DNA of 64,000 nt, from assembly GCA_965200315.1 (NCBI GenBank), contig OZ241362.1, forward strand, positions 1,344,001 through 1,408,000, in the 5' to 3' direction. Below are positions 9,481 to 18,886 of this stretch, piece after piece (within the stretch, counting starts at the first letter, position 1; every line of letters begins with the position of its first letter). The stretch is from Candidatus Latescibacterota bacterium (GTDB taxonomy: Bacteria > Latescibacterota > UBA2968 > UBA8231). The position numbers were made by a program, and so were the translations under genes. The notes below the pieces were generated by a model. The model was not told the origin of the DNA. It was given only the letters and a program-made list of their open reading frames with translations, and did not search any database.

Positions 9481-11460
9481 TCAGAACACGACCTGCGATA
9501 CGGCCTTGGAAATCAGCGCAATGGCAATCGACGTCATGCCAATCAGACCCACGCCGCACGAGTATCCGGCCAGCACAATGGGTGCGTACGCGTACCAGCG
9601 CTCGGGGCCAAAGCGCTTTTGCAAGTAGAAGCGGCCCAACAGGGCACCGACGAAGTTGAGGATGGCAAAGTGCGGCCAGCCGCCGAGGCCAGCGACAAAA
9701 CCATAGAAAATCCCCAGCGGTGCGCTGAATGCGCTCAGCAGCGCGTACAATGCGCCGCTAAAGACCAGCCCAACCCCGATATAATCCCAGCGAATAATTT
9801 GCGTCACCAAGCTCTGGCCCGCGCCCGGCAGCGTTGACTTAGCCCAGAACGCCTGCATGGTAGCGTGGAAGGGCCACATCTTTTGTACGAACGGGTACGC
9901 CGAGGAGGGTATCGGCCCTAACTTCCATATCAGCGACCAGAACAGGAAGCTACACACGAACATGACAGCCAAAGTCAGGGCCGTCAGCTTGACGATGCTG
10001 CCAAAGCGGGTGCGCGTCAGCTCTAGCTGCTTGAACACTTGCGCCTCGTAGCCCCACTGGAAGATCGGCACCGGTGCGAACCAGATCCCGGCCCCTTGGT
10101 AGCCGGACAAATAGAAACTGGCCTCGCGCAGATAGGGAAAAGTTACCCCCTGCGGCGACCCGGTCAGGCCGATCATCCGCGTACCGATGTACGAGTAGAT
10201 CGGCGTCCACACAAAGCCGAAGAGCGCGGTGATCCACCAGGGAAAATCGGGCACCAAATAGTACACCATCAGTACGAAGCACAGCGTGCTCACCGCCCAG
10301 ATCCCCAAGGCCACGACAATGCGGATGTCGCCGCGCTCGGGATGGATTGCCCGGACCGACGTACGCTCTTTGCCAGCGGCGAGCAAGACTTTGCCTGCTG
10401 TATAGAAGCCCACTGCCGCGACTACGATGGCCCCACCCAGCGAAAAGCTCAGCCAGAAGTCAAAGGTATTGGCGATTTGGGTGGGAATCGACGACATGCC
10501 CGGCTCCCAAGTGTGCAGGATACCGTAGGCATAGAGGATGGGATTGGCGACCAAGTTGACCGCGATCGACGAGGCAAATACCCCTACCACGACCCAGAAC
10601 GGCAGCACAAGGCCGAACAGCACGTGGATCAAATCCGTGGCCAAGCCGATGACCGCGGCCGGCAAAACCGCCTTTAGCGGCACGGTGAAATCGATGAAGG
10701 GGATCGGCAAAATGGACACGGTTTCGGTCAAAAAAACCGACGATAGCGTGGGCACCACCACGTAGAATACGCCCCACACCGCCCCGATAAAGGCACCCGT
10801 GCTGAATACGTGCCAGCGCCAGCCCTCCTGCTTGGCCGAGGTCTCGGCGAGGGCGGTCGCCCCACCGGCCTGCACATAGGCCATGGGAAAGGGCAGGCGC
10901 TCAATGTCGTGGGTGATGCGAAAGAGCACATAGCCCAACGACAGGGCGTTGACCCGCTGCAATGCAACGGCGCAGAGGAGGATGACGATGGGCTTGAGCC
11001 ACGCGCCGTCGAGGAAGCTGCGTTCTAAGAGGGCCGCCGAACCACGCGGGGGCACGACCCAAGTTGGAATGTGTTCGGCCAGTCCGTCGGCTTGGGGCGA
11101 TTGGATCAGATATTGATCCCAAATCAATACGCCGAATGGGCCGCCGAACAGGTCGGCCCCGGTGCCCAGCTTGCCGCCCATCATCACCAAGCCACCAGCC
11201 ACCCAGTAGAGGATGATGATTTCCTGAGTCCGCAGGGACACGAAGGTGCGCTTGGCCATTTCGATGAAGAGAATGAGCGTCACCCACTCGGCACCCCCGG
11301 CCATGCTCATTCCGGTCACCAGCCCGAGGTAAATCGCGCCGGGCAGCATCACGAAGCCGACGAAGAGCGCGGCCCACAGGGTCTTTGCATTAAAGCCCGG
11401 TTCAAAAGAAGCGTCGGCGGGCATGACCGCGAAGCGCTCTTGGGCGTTGGCTTGTGACAA
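9481..11460 (-). CDS. OPT-like peptide transporter (polytopic membrane protein)
   Basis: 659 aa with many TM helices; motifs DIERLPFPMA, AEWVTLILFIE, PIPSSAYPF; TTG start with GAGGGGAG RBS. Confidence 0.75.
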   Translation of the reverse strand: MSQANAQERFAVMPADASFEPGFNAKTLWAALFVGFVMLPGAIYLGLVTGMSMAGGAEWVTLILFIEMAKRTFVSLRTQEIIILYWVAGGLVMMGGKLGTGADLFGGPFGVLIWDQYLIQSPQADGLAEHIPTWVVPPRGSAALLERSFLDGAWLKPIVILLCAVALQRVNALSLGYVLFRITHDIERLPFPMAYVQAGGATALAETSAKQEGWRWHVFSTGAFIGAVWGVFYVVVPTLSSVFLTETVSILPIPFIDFTVPLKAVLPAAVIGLATDLIHVLFGLVLPFWVVVGVFASSIAVNLVANPILYAYGILHTWEPGMSSIPTQIANTFDFWLSFSLGGAIVVAAVGFYTAGKVLLAAGKERTSVRAIHPERGDIRIVVALGIWAVSTLCFVLMVYYLVPDFPWWITALFGFVWTPIYSYIGTRMIGLTGSPQGVTFPYLREASFYLSGYQGAGIWFAPVPIFQWGYEAQVFKQLELTRTRFGSIVKLTALTLAVMFVCSFLFWSLIWKLGPIPSSAYPFVQKMWPFHATMQAFWAKSTLPGAGQSLVTQIIRWDYIGVGLVFSGALYALLSAFSAPLGIFYGFVAGLGGWPHFAILNFVGALLGRFYLQKRFGPERWYAYAPIVLAGYSCGVGLIGMTSIAIALISKAVSQVVF

Positions 11461-11480
11461 AAATCGCTCCCCTCGTTTGC

Positions 11481-13133
11481 TCAGTTCTGCACCAACTCGT
11501 CGTCCAAATACCGCAGGTGCTCTTCGTACACGTCAATCTGCTCGGCGTATTTTTGGCGCAAATCCCGCAGATAGCTGTTGAAGAACTCCCGCTCGGCGCG
11601 CTGCCGCACCTCCCGCTCCACCGCATTCCGCACCCGTTCTAACTCTAGGCCGTGATAAATCTCTGGGTGCCTTTCGATAACCCGGAAAATCGAATAGCCT
11701 CCCCTCGTTTGGATCGGCCCTTGGAGTTGGTTCAGTTCGGCGTTCATCACCGCATTCATCCAAGCCTCCCCCAAGAAGGGGGCCTGTGATTGGGAGACGT
11801 ACAGGAGACCATCTTCGGCGTTGCGACGCTCGCTGTGGGCGCGAGCCAGCGCCGACCACTCGGCACCCGCCGCAATCTGAGCCGCAATTTGGCGCGCTTC
11901 ACTTGGGGTCTCTAACAAAATTTCCTCTAATTGCGCGTGGGGCGGGCTGCGAAAGCGATGCTTGTGCTCCTCGTAGAAGGCCCGTAGGTCGTCCTCCGTC
12001 GGCGCGGGAGCCCCCGCCAAGATTTGCTCGCGCAGTTTTATCAGCATCAGATTGCCCAACGCCAGCGCCTGCGACCGCGCGAAAGCCTCGGTTTTATCGA
12101 GGCCCTTGCGCCGGGCGTCGTGGGCCATGAGGCGCGTGGGAAAATGACTCTCAGACAGTTTCTCGTTGACCGAGTCGGCTGTGGCTTCCGGCCACCGTTG
12201 GCCCGATGGCCGTACGGCCTCTAAGACCTCTGCCACATCCATCTGCAGCCCCTCGAAAGCATAGACTGGATGCTGGCGCTGGGCCTCGTCCAAATCCGCA
12301 TAGCGGATCGCGCCCTGTAAGACGCTGACCACTAGATCCATACCCTCGGCGTCAAAAACCGTGTCCAGATCCCACTTGAGGTGCCGCAGGTACGATTCGC
12401 GCAGTTGCTTTTTCTGCTCGTCGCCGAGTGCCTCGCGGATGCCATCCTCGACCTCGATCAATTCAGCGCGGCGACGCTCCGCCACTTTGGCGATGACGAA
12501 TCCTCCGTGCAAGGGGAGCGGCTCGGTCACGCCGCCCACGGGCAGGGCGAAGACCGCTTGTGCTAGGTCGCGGGGACTATCGAAGGGCGAATAGGCCACC
12601 TGCCGAATCTCACCGGTATGCACGCCGTAATAGAGATCAGCGGCGAATTGACGGCCTACTTCCGCAAAGTCCTCACCCTGTGCCAAAAGCGCCTGCACTT
12701 GACTCGCCTGTTCCCGGCTGGGCACAAAAATCTCCCTCGTGGTGACCTTTTCTCCCCACCCGGGCCGTGCGTAGGCTTTTTCGATGTTGGCCTCAGCCAC
12801 CGCGATCTTAGCCTCGACATTGCGCCGCAACATTGCGTCGGCGAGGGCCTTGGTTTCGCGCTTGGCTAGTTTGGCTAAGACCTCTTCGTTGCGCTGCAAA
12901 CCCTGCTCGTTGGCCGCCAAAAGCAATACCTCGCGGTCAATTAGCGTCTGTAAGTTGTCCCGATGCTGCGCGCGCCTAGCAGCCGTTTTGAGATTGGTCT
13001 CAAAGGTACGCAGATCGGCTGCGGTAATCTCGACTTCGCCGACCTTGGCCAGTAGATAGGCGTTGTCCGGCCGCTCATCGCCGCAGCTAATACAGGACCC
13101 GATTAGCAGCCCGGCCAACAGCGGTTTTTGCAT
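11481..13133 (-). CDS. PpiC-type peptidyl-prolyl isomerase / SurA-like lipoprotein chaperone
   Basis: Two rotamase-like domains (GEDFAEVGRQF, GAEWSALARAHS, GPIQTRGGYSIFRV); signal peptide from ATG at 13133. Confidence 0.85.
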   Translation of the reverse strand: MQKPLLAGLLIGSCISCGDERPDNAYLLAKVGEVEITAADLRTFETNLKTAARRAQHRDNLQTLIDREVLLLAANEQGLQRNEEVLAKLAKRETKALADAMLRRNVEAKIAVAEANIEKAYARPGWGEKVTTREIFVPSREQASQVQALLAQGEDFAEVGRQFAADLYYGVHTGEIRQVAYSPFDSPRDLAQAVFALPVGGVTEPLPLHGGFVIAKVAERRRAELIEVEDGIREALGDEQKKQLRESYLRHLKWDLDTVFDAEGMDLVVSVLQGAIRYADLDEAQRQHPVYAFEGLQMDVAEVLEAVRPSGQRWPEATADSVNEKLSESHFPTRLMAHDARRKGLDKTEAFARSQALALGNLMLIKLREQILAGAPAPTEDDLRAFYEEHKHRFRSPPHAQLEEILLETPSEARQIAAQIAAGAEWSALARAHSERRNAEDGLLYVSQSQAPFLGEAWMNAVMNAELNQLQGPIQTRGGYSIFRVIERHPEIYHGLELERVRNAVEREVRQRAEREFFNSYLRDLRQKYAEQIDVYEEHLRYLDDELVQN

Positions 13134-13167
13134 AAAAAGAGGAGCTAGACGGAAGGTCCAGCTCCTC
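13134..13167 (-). terminator. intrinsic terminator ending the 13.2-28.8 kb operon
   Basis: Minus strand GAGGAGCTGGAC-CTTCC-GTCTAGCTCCTC followed by TTTTT; the one non-Watson-Crick pair is G-U in the minus-strand RNA. Confidence 0.75.
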
Positions 13168-13212
13168 GCAATGAGATGTCCTGCCATACGTCGTGATATC
13201 CAGTCCGGCGAC

Positions 13213-13980
13213 TCAACCAGCGCCGCCTGCGCTGGCCTTTTCCCTCGTTCCTTGGTCCACCGCAAAGCGGAACTCGACGTCGATGGTCTCTTCGGGATTG
13301 CCGCTGGCGTCAAACGACAGCACGAATTCGTGGAAGGTTAGCAGCAGTGCGTCGTTTTCTGGCAGCAGCGGGTCGAAGACCAACATGCCTTTTTGGCTGC
13401 TATCGCGGAAGATCGGTCGATGGCGATGAAAGACCGTCTTGTAGATAATGCCCATGCGCTCCAAGTTGATTTCGCGCTCGTTGCCCGAAGTGCCCAGCTC
13501 CATTTTGTAGTACTTGGTGAAGCTGTTGCCCCCCAACACGACGGCCCCCTCGCGCCCGGGATCGTAGTAGCGATAGGTCTCGCCGCCCGATTCCATGGTC
13601 GCCTTGGCCGGATCGAATTCGATCTTCGCATAGGTCTTGTTTATGACCTCGATTTCAAAGACGGTGAAACGCGGGGGGGTATAGCCCTTTTCGGGATCAA
13701 TGCCGTCTCGGGTGTAGGGGTTGACGTGGCGACCATCGTACAGGGGGGGGAAGCGCTCGTTGAGCTCGGGGTCGCTCAGGTGCCGCACCCGGATTAAAAG
13801 CCCCTCTTTGCTAAAGACCATCGAGCTGTCGTCCGGGTCGATGGTGTAGTCGCCGCGGCCCTCGGGCAGGACGGGCATCACGTGCAGGTCATACGCAAGT
13901 TGGGGCGGCACCAGCCCCCCGCAGCTCCAGCCTATCCCAAGCGCCACTAAGCCGACGAGCACCATGTACCTCGTTCTCAT
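13213..13980 (-). CDS. uncharacterised lipoprotein (paralog of 25021-25800)
   Basis: Signal peptide ending WSC; shares IDP.DSS, YTPP..TVFE..VIN.T and F.L.FD motifs with 25021-25800. Confidence 0.8.
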   Translation of the reverse strand: MRTRYMVLVGLVALGIGWSCGGLVPPQLAYDLHVMPVLPEGRGDYTIDPDDSSMVFSKEGLLIRVRHLSDPELNERFPPLYDGRHVNPYTRDGIDPEKGYTPPRFTVFEIEVINKTYAKIEFDPAKATMESGGETYRYYDPGREGAVVLGGNSFTKYYKMELGTSGNEREINLERMGIIYKTVFHRHRPIFRDSSQKGMLVFDPLLPENDALLLTFHEFVLSFDASGNPEETIDVEFRFAVDQGTREKASAGGAG

Positions 13981-14011
13981 AAAATTGTAACTCCCTTTTT
14001 GCTAGCTGCCG

Positions 14012-14431
14012 TCAATTGGTTGGTTCCTCGGTTTCAATATCGATTTTTTCTACACCCGCCATAGTGGCCGTTTCCATCGCGTCGATGATATGGCCGTGCG
14101 CAGCACCCGCGTCCGCGGTGATAATCAGCGTCGATGAGCCGGTGCGGACCTTCTCGCGCTCTAGCCAACTGGCTAGCTGCCCCATGGCCACGAGCTGCCC
14201 GTTGATCTCAAACTGACCCTCGCTTGAGATGCGCAGATTCAGCTTCTTTTCGGACTTGAGCTGGTCGTAGTGAACCGAGTCGGGCAACTCGATCTTGAGC
14301 TGAGTGGCCTTGACAAAGACCGTAGTGGTCATAAAGAAGATCAACAGCAGGAACACCGCGTCTATCATCGGCGTCAGATTCAGTTCAAATTCGCCGGCTT
14401 TTTCGGCCAGCGACTGTCTCCGTTTAGCCAT
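14012..14431 (-). CDS. exbD: ExbD/TolR family protein (canonical Asp)
   Basis: NLTPMIDAVFLLLIFFM TM motif; periplasmic IITADAGAAHG..IDAM; ATG at 14431. Confidence 0.9.
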   Translation of the reverse strand: MAKRRQSLAEKAGEFELNLTPMIDAVFLLLIFFMTTTVFVKATQLKIELPDSVHYDQLKSEKKLNLRISSEGQFEINGQLVAMGQLASWLEREKVRTGSSTLIITADAGAAHGHIIDAMETATMAGVEKIDIETEEPTN

Positions 14432-14435
14432 GCCG

Positions 14436-14855
14436 CTATCCTTCTCCGCTCTTGGCGAAAGCGATGGCCTCAATGCCCTCGCCGCGGGCGATGTCCATCA
14501 CCTGCACCACATAGGAGTGCGGTATTGAGCGTGCAGACTCCAAGATCACGTTCTTGGTGTTGTCGGCCTCAATAACTTGACGGATCTTTTCCGCCAATCT
14601 CGCCTTATCCGTAACCTCGCCGTTGACTTGGATCGTCTGATCCGGGTCAATCACGATGTTCATGTCCTTGGTCGCCCTCGACTCGCCTTCGCCACCTGGC
14701 AGATCTACGCTCAGGCCCTTGGGGTTGACGAAGGTGGTCGCCACCATAAAGAAAACCAACAGCAAAAACATGCAGTTGATCAGCGGAGTCAGATCTGGGT
14801 TTTCCGAGGTCTTAAAGGCTCTTTTGCCGAATCCGCTCTTTCGTCTCTGCCGCAT
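14436..14855 (-). CDS. exbD: ExbD/TolR family protein (Asn at the essential Asp position)
   Basis: DLTPLINCMFLLLVFFMV TM motif; VDLP; VVQVMDIAR. Confidence 0.9.
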   Translation of the reverse strand: MRQRRKSGFGKRAFKTSENPDLTPLINCMFLLLVFFMVATTFVNPKGLSVDLPGGEGESRATKDMNIVIDPDQTIQVNGEVTDKARLAEKIRQVIEADNTKNVILESARSIPHSYVVQVMDIARGEGIEAIAFAKSGEG

Positions 14856-14873
14856 CGCCGCGTCTCTTTCTGC

Positions 14874-15548
14874 CTAGCTGGCCCTCTGCTGACTGGCTTG
14901 GAAGCGCACCAGCAGAGTATTGGCGAAGGCGTGGCAGTACAGCTCCACGCTCTTGAAGACCTTTTCCGCGCGGCCGGAGAGGTAGCGGTGGAAGATGATG
15001 GTCGGAATGGCGACGATGAGGCCACTCGCCGTCGTGATCAGGGCCTCGGAGATGCCGCTGGCGACAGCCGCCGGATCGCCGGCCCCGGCGCGGGCAATCG
15101 CGTCAAAGGCGTTAATCATACCCATGATCGTGCCCAACAACCCCATCAGCGGGGAGAGGACACCAATGGTTCCGAGCGCGTTGAGGAGGCGGCCTAAGTA
15201 CATTTCGCCGGCCTCTTCAGTAGCCAAGATCAACTCTTGGCGCATGTCCTCCAGATCCGTGCGATTTTCCAGCACCAAGGTATCGTAGCGCTTCACCAAG
15301 GCGGCGAAAATGAAGTTGAGCACACCGCTGCCTTGTCGGAACAGCTCAATGGCCCCGCCTTCGCCTTGACTTCTGAGCACTTCCTCTGCTTCGTTGAGCT
15401 GCTGTTCGGCTTCCTCTTCGCCCGGGACCGCCAGCAGACGCCACAGCCGTTCTATGATGATGGCTAGGGCAATAAGCAAGCAGAGCAACATGGGCCACAT
15501 CATCGGGCCGCCTTTGAAAAACTGGTCAACTAAAAAATTCTGCTCCAT
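14874..15548 (-). CDS. exbB: MotA/TolQ/ExbB proton channel protein
   Basis: GGPMMWP, SPLMGLLGTIMGMINAF and GISEALITTASGLIVAIP motifs. Confidence 0.92.
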   Translation of the reverse strand: MEQNFLVDQFFKGGPMMWPMLLCLLIALAIIIERLWRLLAVPGEEEAEQQLNEAEEVLRSQGEGGAIELFRQGSGVLNFIFAALVKRYDTLVLENRTDLEDMRQELILATEEAGEMYLGRLLNALGTIGVLSPLMGLLGTIMGMINAFDAIARAGAGDPAAVASGISEALITTASGLIVAIPTIIFHRYLSGRAEKVFKSVELYCHAFANTLLVRFQASQQRAS

Positions 15549-15596
15549 TACAACCTCCCGGTATTGTATCCTGCTTTGCGTTGCGTTAAAAGCTCG

Positions 15597-18500
15597 CTAG
15601 AGCCGGTTTTCTACGATCCACTCTCGGTGTAGCTTGGCAAAATTGACCACGTCGGCGTTTTCCACCTTGTCCCCGCCCTTTTCTTCCACTACTTGATAGT
15701 TTTCTACGGCCTGCGACCACTGGCGCGTGATTTCATAGACCAGCCCCAAGTTGCAGTACGCGGCCAATTCGGTATAAGTGCCGGGGTACTCGCGGATAAT
15801 CTCCTGTAGGGCTGGCACGGCCCGGTCGTAGTCTTTGGCCTCAAAGAGCTTCATGGCCTCGTTGTAGCTAAAGCTGGCCTGAATTTCGCTCAGCTCTTCC
15901 ACTAGAGCTGTGGATCTCGACGCCTCCTCGGAGTCGGGATATAGCTTGATTACTTTCTTATAGGCTGCCATGGCCTCGTCATAAGACTGGATATTGTAGT
16001 AGTAGTCGCCGATGGTAAACTGCGCTTTGGGGGCGAATTCGCTCTTAGGATAATTGGCAACGAGGCCTTGCATCGCGCCTACGGCTTGCTCCATCTCCTC
16101 TTGTTCGACAAAGGACCAAGCCAACGCGTATTGCGCCGACCCGCCGTATCGGCCTTGGGGATATTGGGCCAAGAGTGCTTGATATGCCGTCGCAGCCTCG
16201 GCAAAGGCCTGCTCGTTGTAGTGGTTTTCGCCAATGAGGAAAAGCGCTTCTTCCTCGTATTGGGACTGGAGATAGCGCTCGACTAGTTCGCTAAAAGCGG
16301 CCGCAGCCTCCTTGAACTGAGTCAGCGCCTGGAGGCTGTGCGCCAGATAGTACTGACCGTGAATGTGGTTGGCATTGCGCGGATATTTTTTGACAAAGGA
16401 CTTGAAGCTCTCGGCGGCTGCGGCGTAGTCGCCGTAGCTGATTTCGGCAAAGCCCTTGGAAAAGGCCAAGTTGCCGCTCTCGCCCGAACTCGGATAGCGC
16501 TTGAGACCTTGGGCAAAGACGCGGGCGGCTTCCTCGTACTGCTTCTGCTGTAGCAGCGCGTTGCCGATGATGGAATAGGCGCGTTCCTTGCGGTAGTAAC
16601 CCGCTTGATTGTCGTCTTCAAACTGCATGTCGAGGAGCTGGCGGGCGAATTTCTCGGCTTGGACGAAATCCTGCTGATCGTAGTACAGCTCGGTCAGGAG
16701 CATGCTAAAGGTCGCCTGCTCCTGAGGATCGTCCGACGCAGCGATGAGCTCTTGGTAGTAGCGGGCCGCCTCTTCTTGCCGCCCCAAGCGGATCATGCCC
16801 GCCCCCAGCGTACGGAAGGCACTGTCCTTTATCTGGGGAGCGGGATCGCTTTCGAGCAGGGCCTTCATATCATCCAGCGACGCCTCATAGCTCACGCGGG
16901 CTTGGGCCGTGTCGCCGACCGCGTCTTGCTGTTTGGCGACCTCGTAGTACGCGCCGCCGCGGGCCAGCAGCGAATTTTGCAGGATGTGCGTGGGCGGATT
17001 CAGCGCAATGGCCTGCCCCCAAAAGTCAATCGCACCGGCGAAATTGTCCTCGGCGAAATGCACCCGGGCCAAGGTGTAGTGCATCTGGCCTTTTAGGGTA
17101 TCGTCGCCGGCCCTATCCAAGGCACCCGCTAGGGCATGGCGCGCCTTTTCGTACTCTTGTTTGCCCATGTACAGCTCGGCCAACTCGACCTGCACGGTAG
17201 GCCACTTGTCCCACCCCTCTTCCACCGTCTCATAGGCGGCGATGGCGCTATCTTGATCCTCGAGGCGCTTGTAGGTAAGACCCAACTCCATCCGCGTCGT
17301 ATTGCGCAGTTCCGAATCCGGGAAACGGCCGAGGAAGGACGCATATATCTCCTCGGCCCGTTTGAGTTCGGATGCAGCATAGGCGATGCGGGCCAACTGC
17401 AAAAGGCCGTTGGGAGCCGCCGGATGGTCCGCATACTCATCGACCAACCGCTGGTACAACGGCTGCGCTGCTTCGTCTTTCTCTATGAGTTGGTTGGCAA
17501 AGCCGGCATTAAAAAGCACGTCCGGTATCAGGGCATTGTCTTCGCGCTGGTTCAAAAGCTGGTCGTAGCTTTCGAGCGCCTTGGCGATTTCCGCGTCTGC
17601 TCTAGCCGGGTCTTCGCCGCGAATCTGCCGCCCGTATTCTTGGTGGCACTGGGCGATGCGAAAGAGAACCTTGTAGCGGTCAAAGCCGATGCGCTGGGCC
17701 ACATCGCCGTAGGCCTTGAGATATATCTCGTATTCTTGGGCCGACTTGAGGTACTCGTCTTGGTCGAAAAGCATCAAGGCAACCGTTAGCTGCGTGCGGG
17801 CCTGAAAGAGCTTGTCCTCGACCTTTTCGATGGCGTCCTTGTACGCGGCGATGGCCGCTGTCGTGCCCTGTTCCTTCTGCACCAACTCGGCGATGCGGAT
17901 ATAGCTATTTTGTACCAAGACCGGCTCAGCCGCATATTCGGCCGGGAGCACAGCATAAGAGGTGAGAGCCTTTTCGACCTCGCCGTTGCGCGCGTAGATA
18001 TCGCCCTTTTTCAGGTGGGCCTTGGCAACGAGCTCGCGTGCGGTCTCCTTGACCAACCCCTTAAGCTTGAGGGTAGTCATCTCGATGATTTCTTCCTCGG
18101 TCATCTGCGCGAAGTCGTAGCGGGCGATGAGGCGATCGAGGTATTCCAGCGCATCTTCGTACTGCCCGAGTTGGTCGTAGCTCTCGGCGATCTGGAAGAG
18201 CGAGCGATCAGCGTTAGAGCCTCTAGGGGCTAAGACCAATACCTGCTTGAAGCTGGCAATGGCCTCCTCGTAGCGCTCCAATTCAAAATAGGACCACGCT
18301 CGGTCGTAGTGAACGGATGCCTCGTAGAGGCTGTGGGGAAAGCTGTGCAGCAGCGCGTCCCCTTCCTCAATGACCTGCTCGTACTCCTTGAGCTGGTAAC
18401 TCGTCTGGATCATCTGGTACTGGGCCATCACTCGGGTGCGATCATCGACGCGCTCGTCTGCGGCTAGCGTGCGGAAGTGGTCGCGGCTCTTGTTGAGATC

Positions 18501-18869
18501 TTGCAGCGCCTCCGCGTAGCGAGCGTCGGCTTCGGCCTCCTTTTGCTCCGAGCGCAAAAACTGCGAGCGCTGCAACTTTTCGAGCCCCAGCTTGTTGTAG
18601 GTATTGCCTAGCTGGTAGGTAGCACCCACGCGCACCGGCAGAATGAACTCGTCAACCGCTATGGTTACATCCTCCACGTTGATCATGGCGTTACTTTCAG
18701 TGGAGAGAATGACCTCATAGCGCTCAATGGCTCTATCGTAGTCCCCCAGCGCATAGAGCTTTTGGCCTTCCTCAAAGCGGTCTTGCAATTCCACCGGCGA
18801 GAAAAAGCGCGTACTCAGGCTGGCAGCCGCGCCGACCGCTGCGATTAGCAGCAGATTTACCAGAATCAT
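15597..18869 (-). CDS. large periplasmic TPR protein (1090 aa; CpoB/BamD-like repeats)
   Basis: N-terminal signal; TPR helices throughout, many with YP.S....A turns. Confidence 0.9.
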   Translation of the reverse strand: MILVNLLLIAAVGAAASLSTRFFSPVELQDRFEEGQKLYALGDYDRAIERYEVILSTESNAMINVEDVTIAVDEFILPVRVGATYQLGNTYNKLGLEKLQRSQFLRSEQKEAEADARYAEALQDLNKSRDHFRTLAADERVDDRTRVMAQYQMIQTSYQLKEYEQVIEEGDALLHSFPHSLYEASVHYDRAWSYFELERYEEAIASFKQVLVLAPRGSNADRSLFQIAESYDQLGQYEDALEYLDRLIARYDFAQMTEEEIIEMTTLKLKGLVKETARELVAKAHLKKGDIYARNGEVEKALTSYAVLPAEYAAEPVLVQNSYIRIAELVQKEQGTTAAIAAYKDAIEKVEDKLFQARTQLTVALMLFDQDEYLKSAQEYEIYLKAYGDVAQRIGFDRYKVLFRIAQCHQEYGRQIRGEDPARADAEIAKALESYDQLLNQREDNALIPDVLFNAGFANQLIEKDEAAQPLYQRLVDEYADHPAAPNGLLQLARIAYAASELKRAEEIYASFLGRFPDSELRNTTRMELGLTYKRLEDQDSAIAAYETVEEGWDKWPTVQVELAELYMGKQEYEKARHALAGALDRAGDDTLKGQMHYTLARVHFAEDNFAGAIDFWGQAIALNPPTHILQNSLLARGGAYYEVAKQQDAVGDTAQARVSYEASLDDMKALLESDPAPQIKDSAFRTLGAGMIRLGRQEEAARYYQELIAASDDPQEQATFSMLLTELYYDQQDFVQAEKFARQLLDMQFEDDNQAGYYRKERAYSIIGNALLQQKQYEEAARVFAQGLKRYPSSGESGNLAFSKGFAEISYGDYAAAAESFKSFVKKYPRNANHIHGQYYLAHSLQALTQFKEAAAAFSELVERYLQSQYEEEALFLIGENHYNEQAFAEAATAYQALLAQYPQGRYGGSAQYALAWSFVEQEEMEQAVGAMQGLVANYPKSEFAPKAQFTIGDYYYNIQSYDEAMAAYKKVIKLYPDSEEASRSTALVEELSEIQASFSYNEAMKLFEAKDYDRAVPALQEIIREYPGTYTELAAYCNLGLVYEITRQWSQAVENYQVVEEKGGDKVENADVVNFAKLHREWIVENRL

Positions 18870-18886
18870 GGTGTCAATCTCCTAGC

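Noticed and set aside
14012-18869. Standard Tol-Pal or TonB operon
   Set aside because: No TolA/TonB, TolB, Pal or recognisable TonB-dependent receptor in the operon.
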